From an uncultured cyanobacterium (GTDB lineage: Bacteria > Cyanobacteriota > Cyanobacteriia > Cyanobacteriales > Nostocaceae): a DNA stretch of 64,000 bases. Below, one piece after another: positions 57,600 to 64,000 of this stretch (position 1 is its first letter; every line of letters starts with the position of its first letter). Under the pieces are notes generated by a model, which worked only from the letters and a program-made list of their open reading frames with translations, had not been told where the DNA came from and ran no database searches. Position numbers and translations under genes: made by a program. Location of the stretch: the NCBI GenBank assembly GCA_963740315.1, contig CAVUDP010000001.1, forward strand, positions 294,766 through 358,765, given 5' to 3'.

Positions 57600-57866
57600 A
57601 TGAATATTCAACTCAAACCCGAAGATGAGCAATTTATTCAAGCGCAAATTGCTAGAGGTACATATGAAAATCCAGAAGAAGTTATTAGTAAAGCACTAAA
57701 ACTACTAGAAGAGTGTGATAAAGACTATCAAAAATGGGTTGAAGAAACTCGTGAAAAAGTAGAAGTCGCTGTTGAGCAATTAGACAGAGGTGAAGGTATT
57801 GATGGGGAAGTTGTAGTTGAGCGACTGCGAGAGAAGCTACGTAAAGCGAGAGATAATCAATCATGA
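57600..57866 (+). CDS. ParD-like (RHH) antitoxin
   Basis: MNIQLKPEDEQFIQAQIARGTYENPEEVISKALKLLEE… RHH antitoxin pattern. A 4-bp ATGA overlap with the downstream parE. Confidence 0.55.
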   Translation: MNIQLKPEDEQFIQAQIARGTYENPEEVISKALKLLEECDKDYQKWVEETREKVEVAVEQLDRGEGIDGEVVVERLREKLRKARDNQS

Positions 57867-58150
57867 AACAACATACTATCTCCCCAGAGGCAAATAAGGA
57901 TTTAGAAGAAATTATTGATTATTTTGCTACTCATAATATAGAGGCTGGGGAGCGTTTTATTGATGAGTTTAATAAAAAATGTAGATATCTTGCAAATTTT
58001 CCTAATATGGGACGTAGTTATTCAGATATTAAAGATTATCTACGGGGTGTATCTCTAAATGGTTACATTATTTTTTACCGAGTTACGGATATTGGAATTG
58101 AAATTTTACGTGTAGTTAGTGGTTATAGAGATTATCCGTCTTTATTTTAA
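57863..58150 (+). CDS. parE: ParE/RelE-family toxin
   Basis: …NFPNMGRSYSDIKDYLRGVSLNGYIIFYRVTDIGIEILRVVSGYRDYPS is the ParE/RelE core. Confidence 0.75.
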   Translation: MKQHTISPEANKDLEEIIDYFATHNIEAGERFIDEFNKKCRYLANFPNMGRSYSDIKDYLRGVSLNGYIIFYRVTDIGIEILRVVSGYRDYPSLF

Positions 58151-58181
58151 GGAGTTATTAACATAGGAGAAGCAGAACAAA

Positions 58182-58394
58182 ATGAAACTCCGCTACAAAA
58201 TAATCTTCTACTACAGTCAAGAAGACGAAGCATTTATTGCAGAAGTACCAGAATTACCCGGTTGTACTGCTGATGGTGAAACTTATCAAGAAGCGTTGAA
58301 AAATGTAGAAGTTATTATGCAAGAGTGGATTGAAACTGCTGAAGATAATGAACGTACTATTCCTCAACCAAAGCGGGGTTTGATGTCGGCTTGA
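58182..58394 (+). CDS. UPF0150/HicB-like small antitoxin-type protein (70 aa)
   Basis: MKLRYKIIFYYSQEDEAFIAEVPELPGCTADGETYQEALKNVEVIMQEWIE is the HicB_lk_antitox pattern (E/D-rich, PELPGC). Confidence 0.65.
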   Translation: MKLRYKIIFYYSQEDEAFIAEVPELPGCTADGETYQEALKNVEVIMQEWIETAEDNERTIPQPKRGLMSA

Positions 58395-58402
58395 TACGAT
58401 TT

Positions 58403-58573
58403 TTAATACATTTATTCATTTAAACTCGCAACTTCCAACCAACCTTCGATAGCATCTTCGAGCATTTCTAACAAATGGTTGTAACTATTACCCCAAGTGT
58501 GACACCCAGGTAAAGCTGGTACAGAAGCGCACCATACATCATCTTCTTGCCAGATTACCGCTTTAATTTTCAT
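58403..58573 (-). CDS. UPF0150/HicB-like small protein (56 aa)
   Basis: Manual translation gives MKIKAVIWQEDDVWCASVPALPGCHTWGNSYNHLLEMLEDAIEGWLEVASLNE. Its start overlaps the stop of the upstream ORF by 11 nt (…caATGAAAATTAAag). It is not in the ORF track. Confidence 0.6.
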
Positions 58574-58742
58574 TGTCTAAAAAATCGTTAATTTCTTGTT
58601 TTTCCCTCTCTCTAAAATCCTGAATATTCTTTAAAGTGCTTTCCCAAAATTCTCCTTTAAACTTACCAGCAAGCTTTGCCAAAGGATGTCCGGGAATTGG
58701 AATATTCTGATTATTTTTTATCGATGACTTGTTAGTTGTCAT
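58563..58742 (-). CDS. Hypothetical 59-aa partner protein, translationally coupled to the UPF0150 gene
   Basis: MTTNKSSIKNNQNIPIPGHPLAKLAGKFKGEFWESTLKNIQDFREREKQEINDFLDNEN. No HicA motif. The ORF-track start at 58913 lies inside duplication copy B. Confidence 0.4.
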   Translation of the reverse strand: MTTNKSSIKNNQNIPIPGHPLAKLAGKFKGEFWESTLKNIQDFREREKQEINDFLDNEN

Positions 58743-58825
58743 GAGAGTTGCAATTATTAAGTATTCACTATTAGCGGTGCGCGATCGCTTAATCTGTAAC
58801 CAACCGCTACACCAAAACAATCTTA

Positions 58826-59337
58826 GCCCGTGCAGACGGGCTTTGTTCCTGTAGCCCCAGGTTTCTAACCTGCGGGCGTTTTTATTGATTACCAGAAGTG
58901 CAAGATTTGGCAAACCTCACCAATGCGATCGCTTAATCTGTAACGCACTTCTATTGATATCGTCACATGATATCATCTGAAAAAGCATAAATCGAACCAT
59001 GATGACTTACAAAGGCTATACAGCAATCATTGAAGTAGATACAGAAGCATCGATTTTATTTGGCAGAGTTATCGATATTAATGACGTAATAACTTTTAAA
59101 GCGAAAACTGTTGAAGAAGCGCGTCAAGAGTTCCATAATTCAGTTAATGATTATCTTGCTTATTGCGAAGATGTAGGTGAAGAACCCGAAAAACCTTTTT
59201 CTGGTAAACTTCCTTTCCGCACAACTCCAGAAAATCACCGTAAGATTTTTATTGCAGCGAAAAAATCCGGTAAAAGTATTAATGCTTGGATGGATGAAGT
59301 ATTAGCGAATGCTGCTGAAAAGTTTATTAATGCTTAG
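58826..59337. repeat. Segmental duplication copy B (leader + hicB-family gene)
   Basis: See copy A. Confidence 0.8.
58999..59337 (+). CDS. HicB-family antitoxin-like protein, paralog of 57180-57521
   Basis: About 93% amino-acid identity to the first copy. Confidence 0.7.
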   Translation: MMTYKGYTAIIEVDTEASILFGRVIDINDVITFKAKTVEEARQEFHNSVNDYLAYCEDVGEEPEKPFSGKLPFRTTPENHRKIFIAAKKSGKSINAWMDEVLANAAEKFINA

Positions 59338-59463
59338 GATTAGGTTGGGTTGGACACCGTAAAGCCAACCTACAATCTAAAAGCCATTAATCAAAAAAAT
59401 TCAGCAATTCTATCTGGTTATGATACCCTATCTGCAATTAGTTATTATATCTAAGTATTCAAA

Positions 59464-60543
59464 ATGACAAAATTGCGAGTAGGCTTACTTTTTGGTGGTC
59501 GTTCTGGAGAACATGAAGTTTCTATTGTTTCTGCCATTGCGATCGCAGGAGCTTTAAGCGCGGAGGAAAACGCCAATAAGTACGAAGTATTGCCTTTTTA
59601 TATTAAAAAAGATGGTAGTTGGCAAGGTTCCGATGTCGCACGTCAGGTTTTATCTTCCGGAGTTGCATTGTCTTGTGATTCTAAGTCTAATCTTTGGCAA
59701 TTTCCAGCAGAAGCGGAAACAGTAGATGTGTGGTTTCCCATTTTGCACGGACCAAACGGTGAAGATGGTACTATTCAAGGATTGTTGAGCTTAATGCAAG
59801 TTCCTTTTGTTGGTTCTGGGGTACTTGGTTCGGCTGCGGGTATGGATAAAATTGGTATGAAATCCATATTTGCTCAAGCCGGATTGCCGCAAGTTAAGTA
59901 TATGGCGCTAACTAGAGAGGAAATTTCGTCAAAGTCAAGTATTTCTCCCAAATGCGATGACATTGAGCAAACTTTGGGTTATCCTTGTTTCGTCAAACCT
60001 GCTAACTTAGGTTCGTCCGTTGGTATTGCCAAAGTGCGATCGCGCTCGGAATTAGAAGCCGCTTTGGATAGTGCGGCGAGTTATGACCGGAGAATTATTG
60101 TTGAAGCTGGAGTTATTGCTAGAGAAGTTGAATGCGCTGTTTTAGGGAATGATAGTCCCAAAGCTTCTGTCGTCGGTGAAATCACTTACGAAAGTGAATT
60201 TTATGATTACGAAACTAAATATACTGACGGTAAAGCAGATTTACTGATACCCGCACCAATCCCCGATGCCGTAATTCAGCAAATTCAAGAGAAAGCAATA
60301 CAGGCATTTACTACTCTTGACTGCGCCGGATTAGCACGAGTAGACTTCTTCTATGTTGAAGCGACAGGAGAAGTTTTAATCAATGAAATCAATACTTTAC
60401 CCGGTTTTACCGCAACGAGTATGTATCCCCAACTTTGGGCTTCGAGTGGTGTTTCTTTCCCAGAATTAGTCGATAAACTTATTCAATTCGCTTTAGAAAG
60501 AAATTCCGCTCCTACTAAAAGCGAGGTGGCATTAAGCACTTAA
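59464..60543 (+). CDS. ddl: D-alanine--D-alanine ligase
   Basis: [25 protein letters not shown]-terminus. ATP-grasp motifs (…[10 protein letters not shown]…). Confidence 0.9.
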   Translation: MTKLRVGLLFGGRSGEHEVSIVSAIAIAGALSAEENANKYEVLPFYIKKDGSWQGSDVARQVLSSGVALSCDSKSNLWQFPAEAETVDVWFPILHGPNGEDGTIQGLLSLMQVPFVGSGVLGSAAGMDKIGMKSIFAQAGLPQVKYMALTREEISSKSSISPKCDDIEQTLGYPCFVKPANLGSSVGIAKVRSRSELEAALDSAASYDRRIIVEAGVIAREVECAVLGNDSPKASVVGEITYESEFYDYETKYTDGKADLLIPAPIPDAVIQQIQEKAIQAFTTLDCAGLARVDFFYVEATGEVLINEINTLPGFTATSMYPQLWASSGVSFPELVDKLIQFALERNSAPTKSEVALST

Positions 60544-60685
60544 ATTTTAGCAATTATTAACAAAATAAGTAGTCTAAGTTTCTTATAAACACTACTTAAA
60601 TCTTCAAATTGATTACGGATACGCCAAACCCCTTTACTCCAGTACAATCAGTATCTTGAGAAGTACAAATCTGAAAAAAGTTATG

Positions 60686-61372
60686 GAAAGCACTCAAAGC
60701 ACTCAGAGTGTACAGCAGGAGTCGCCTGAAGTGAAAGAGTCCGCACCCATTTCAGAAGGCAGTAAACCGACAAACAAAGTAAATAGCTTTAAAAATGCAA
60801 CGATATATTTATTCATGCATTATCCCTGGCTATTTTTGGCTGGTTTGTTATTAATGTTTTTGGGAGGCGGTGCCTTATCGATATACAGTTTGGGTTATGT
60901 GGATGAAACGATAAAACGTAAAGATTCGGAAACATTGCAGGCTGAGGTAGTATCGCCAAAGGTAGCTGCTGAAACTGTAGAAAACAATGAAAATCCCATA
61001 CCTTTATGGATGGTAGCCGCTATAGCTCTTAGCTGTGCTAGTGGATGCTTAGTAATTTTACGACTCATTAATCGTCCAAAGCAAAAGCAAAAAATTAAAA
61101 GACGTATTGTTAATCGCGATGAAATACGTTTAGCACAGCAGCGTTACCAAACATTGGAAGCACGTCTACCAAAGAAAAGCCCCGTTCGCGTACCTCAACG
61201 GCGCAGAACTCCTATAATGGCTATGCCTCCGCAAAAACCAAGACCAAAACCTGTTGTAACGGTTTTACCTCCGGAGCAAAGTTTTGAGCAAAATCAAAAA
61301 AATCAAGATTCTTTGGCTGATATATTGGATATTCGCAAGCAAACTTCTTTGTCTTCAATGTTACGTAAGTAG
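60686..61372 (+). CDS. Hypothetical membrane protein with a Pro/Lys-rich C-terminus
   Basis: One or two TM helices. Low-complexity basic tail. The start MESTQ is more plausible than 60656. Confidence 0.45.
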   Translation, partial: ESTQSTQSVQQESPEVKESAPISEGSKPTNKVNSFKNATIYLFMHYPWLFLAGLLLMFLGGGALSIYSLGYVDETIKRKDSETLQAEVVSPKVAAETVENNENPIPLWMVAAIALSCASGCLVILRLINRPKQKQKIKRRIVNRDEIRLAQQRYQTLEARLPKKSPVRVPQRRRTPIMAMPPQKPRPKPVVTVLPPEQSFEQNQKNQDSLADILDIRKQTSLSSMLRK

Positions 61373-62105
61373 TAATTAGTTAAATTCGACTAACATCAAA
61401 GCATCGCTTCGTTCTTAATTAGGCATTAAGGGTTAAAAATAAAAGATTCTTGTACCACGCTTCCGATTTACTATCGAAATGCGTGTTTTTTGTATGCGGG
61501 GGGGCAGGTTGTTATATTATTTCACCCCATTCTCGATATATATAAGAGATTTCTACCAGAATTTGATTAATAAGCTGTAGGGTGCGTTGTCGCAAAGCAT
61601 AACGTACCATAATGGCTGCTATACAAATCAAAATAATTCGATATCTATTTTGCAACCTGTCTATATGAATGGTTTTTAATCCAAAATAGATTAAGCAATT
61701 AACCGTTTTCTTGCTTGCTCTTTGAAATAATTTTTAAAACCTGCCAAAATGGCAACCTACTTGCAATTTACTCAGTTATCTTTAATCAAGATAAACGACT
61801 TCAAGGGTGTTGTTATCGGGGTGTATCACTTTAATAAACGACTGTGATACACTTTTTACCGCTAAATTATCTATTTCTGAATGGGATATATATCCTACCA
61901 AATAAAATAGATAATTGTCAATCCAAAATATTAAAAAAATTAGGTTTCGTTTGCCGCATTAGGAATACCAACCGCGTACAAATGTTGCGTTGACCCAAAA
62001 ACAGCCCCCAAAATCAAGGCGATGTTTGTACGTATTCCGAAACGCTTCAGCGGCAAATGTAAGAATGGGAGTGAATGCTTGTGGTATGCATCCTCCCATT
62101 CTTAT

Positions 62106-62140
62106 TTTTTAGGGTAATAGGTAATAGGTAATAGGTAAAA
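62106..62140. repeat. GGTAATA heptamer x4
   Basis: Direct tandem. Confidence 0.8.
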
Positions 62141-62177
62141 GTTAACTTTTTTCTGTTCCCTACTTCCTATTCCCTTT

Positions 62178-63113
62178 CTATAAAAAGTTTGTATTTCTTA
62201 AAAAATCAATTGTTGCTATTTTGATAGCATCTGCTGCACCGCTTGAGGCATCGTGATGGCAGTTAGGAATAATTTTAAATTGAGATGATGAAAGAAGTTG
62301 ATGCAGCTTTTTTCCATGTTCAAGAGGAAACCAACTATCTTGTTCTCCCCACATAATTAATGTAGGACATTCAATATTAATTAAATTATCCTGAATTTTA
62401 CTCAACCAATTAGGTTGATTTTTTTGAGAATTATCAATTTCTCGTGCAGCAATTTGTAATTCTTGAGCAACTTTAAAAAAAGTACCGGGGAACTCAATAT
62501 ACGGGTAAGTTATCCAGAATACATCTTCCTTTGTCAAAATTGAAGGGTCAAATAGTACGTTACGCCTTTCTATTGCCATGATTTCTCTGATCGATGGTGC
62601 GAAAAGATAGCTTAAACGTAACTTGTCAATTACTTCGATTAATTCTAGAGGAGTTTGAGCCAGTACAGACATTCCCCAATGAGGAAGTTTTTTTGCGAAT
62701 ACTGGAACATTGATAACCATTAATCGAGAAACCAATTGAGGATATTCTTCGGCAAAAGCCAGAGCAACTAAGGCTCCTAAAGATTCTGCTAAAATTGCAA
62801 CTGGTCGATCGCATAATGCTGTAATAACTCGCTGCAATTCAACTACCTGATGAGCCGTAGTTTCTTCGCGATGTAAAGGTTTTTCTGAAAACCCAAACCC
62901 TTTAGCATCAAAACAAATGACTCTAAAATATTTAGATAACGGTTCGATCAGATGTCGCCAATTATAGCTCCAGCTACCAATACCATGTAGTAAAAATAAA
63001 GGATTACCCGTACCTTTTTCACCATAAGCAATTTGTACGGGATAACCTTGACTATCAGTAATTGTTATTTTCTGTTTTCCTTGAGGAAAAGTATTTTGCC
63101 ACCAGTCTTTCAT
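62178..63113 (-). CDS. Alpha/beta-fold hydrolase
   Basis: LFLLHGIGSWSYNWRHLIEPL… The nucleophile elbow ESLGA is present. Catalytic H near the C-terminus. Confidence 0.8.
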   Translation of the reverse strand: MKDWWQNTFPQGKQKITITDSQGYPVQIAYGEKGTGNPLFLLHGIGSWSYNWRHLIEPLSKYFRVICFDAKGFGFSEKPLHREETTAHQVVELQRVITALCDRPVAILAESLGALVALAFAEEYPQLVSRLMVINVPVFAKKLPHWGMSVLAQTPLELIEVIDKLRLSYLFAPSIREIMAIERRNVLFDPSILTKEDVFWITYPYIEFPGTFFKVAQELQIAAREIDNSQKNQPNWLSKIQDNLINIECPTLIMWGEQDSWFPLEHGKKLHQLLSSSQFKIIPNCHHDASSGAADAIKIATIDFLRNTNFL

Positions 63114-63117
63114 ATCA

Positions 63118-63275
63118 GTTATCAGTTATCAGTTACCAGTTACCAGTTACCAGTTACCAGTTATAAATTATCAATAGGGAATTAGGCATCGGAAGATGGG
63201 GAGATGATAGTGAATTCATAGCTCCTAACAACTAACCACTAACAACTAACCACTAACAACTAACTACCAGTAATA
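63118..63275. repeat. CAGTTAC x5 and ACTAAC(C/A) x5 heptamer arrays (STRR-like)
   Basis: Direct tandem heptamers between convergent genes. Confidence 0.8.
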
Positions 63276-63766
63276 ATTCCCCAAATAAATCTTGTCACAA
63301 TTACAGAAAATGTGACTAAACTAATAGCAAGTAATAATAATACCGCTAAAAGTAAAAATACAAACCAAGTATCTGCTCTTTTCTTTTGACTGGGAAACTT
63401 CAAATGTTCTTCTAATAACTTAATATTATGCTCGTTAGATTTCCAAGCAAAATCAAAGAAATCTCCTAAAACAGGTATTATGCCAATCAAGGCATCAATA
63501 ATAATATTTAAAGTCATTCTGCCTAAAGTTGCTTGAGAGGCACCCAATCGTGCGGCTTCTAAAACAATATATGCCGAAAGCAGAACACCTAAAAAATCAC
63601 CGCCTGCTGGTAGCAATCCTAATATTGGATCTAAACCTACACCGATTCCGGTTCCGGGAATAGTAATAGCTTTATCTAATATGCGACTAAAAGTACGCAA
63701 ACGCTTTAAAGTTGGTGCTTTAGTATCGGGATTTAGAGAATAAAACTGAGAGGGTGGCAAAGACAT
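63260..63766 (-). CDS. DUF4112-family membrane protein
   Basis: …GIGVGLDPILGLLPAGGDFLGVLLSAYIV…IIDALIGIIPVLGDFFDFAWKSN pattern. Confidence 0.6.
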   Translation of the reverse strand: MSLPPSQFYSLNPDTKAPTLKRLRTFSRILDKAITIPGTGIGVGLDPILGLLPAGGDFLGVLLSAYIVLEAARLGASQATLGRMTLNIIIDALIGIIPVLGDFFDFAWKSNEHNIKLLEEHLKFPSQKKRADTWFVFLLLAVLLLLAISLVTFSVIVTRFIWGIITGS

Positions 63767-63860
63767 GGGTGGGATGACTTTTATATGATGAAATCGCTGG
63801 TTCTCTTACTGTTATAGTTGAATATTGTGCAATGTTGCAGCGGATATGTAGTTTGAAACA

Positions 63861-64000
63861 CTATTCAATTTCTTTAACCGAATTTGGAGACATACTTTCC
63901 CCTACCGTAACATTTAATTGATTGCCTATTAATATTACAGCAGCAGTCATATAAAGCCATAACATAAGCACGATCACAGTACCAATAGCGCCATATGCTT
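63861..64000 (-). CDS. YihY/BrkB-family membrane protein, C-terminal fragment (gene continues beyond the window end)
   Basis: Minus-strand translation gives …AYGAIGTVIVLMLWLYMTAAVILIGNQLNVTVGESMSPNSVKEIE*, which matches the YihY C-terminal motif. Confidence 0.5.
   Translation of the reverse strand, partial: AYGAIGTVIVLMLWLYMTAAVILIGNQLNVTVGESMSPNSVKEIE

Noticed and set aside
62626-62814. 62-aa minus-strand ORF within the alpha/beta hydrolase gene
   Set aside because: Alternative frame of a well-supported CDS.

Overview
This 64 kb window looks like chromosomal DNA from a filamentous, heterocyst-type cyanobacterium (Nostocales-like). The sequence supports that call in three ways: it is AT-rich, it carries many STRR-type heptamer arrays (CCCCATCT, CAGTTAC, AACCTTT, GGTAATA), and several small palindromic or MITE-like repeat families recur at gene boundaries. 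Housekeeping genes are mixed with accessory modules.

Genes I recognise by conserved motifs:
- ferrochelatase with a C-terminal CAB helix (hemH)
- adenylosuccinate lyase (purB)
- pyruvate:ferredoxin oxidoreductase (nifJ)
- hydantoinase/oxoprolinase A and B subunits, encoded 11 kb apart
- two MscS channels and a Pmp3 proteolipid
- aminopeptidase P, FtsH, M23 peptidase, an LpxB-like glycosyltransferase, Mg-chelatase ChlH and D-Ala-D-Ala ligase
- a four-gene two-component signalling cluster (PAS/GAF histidine kinase, CheY-like regulator, two hybrid kinases)

Accessory content most worth attention:
1. A 1061-aa NACHT (STAND) NTPase with near-identical C-terminal HEAT-repeat DNA units. This is a bNACHT/NLR-like candidate antiviral sensor.
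2. A tRNA-Met(CAT) gene followed by a degenerate tandem copy, with a putative island downstream. The island holds an SPFH/band-7 protein whose N-terminal module is triplicated, a Vat-type acetyltransferase, two paralogous seven-bladed FG-GAP/VCBS propeller proteins and an acyltransferase-3.
3. A toxin-antitoxin-rich, MITE-rich island between chlH and ddl. It contains a standalone DGQHR (DndB-like, ParB/Srx superfamily) protein, a divergently transcribed Nif11-domain peptide, parDE, three UPF0150/HicB-like genes and a ~515-bp segmental duplication carrying hicB-like genes.
4. A second TA locus with a frameshifted vapC.
5. A palindromic element (TGTAGAGACGTAGCAGTGCTACGTCTCTACA family) inserted in-frame inside nifJ, and an STRR heptamer tract inserted in-frame inside the lpxB-like gene.

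No CRISPR array and no rRNA were found.
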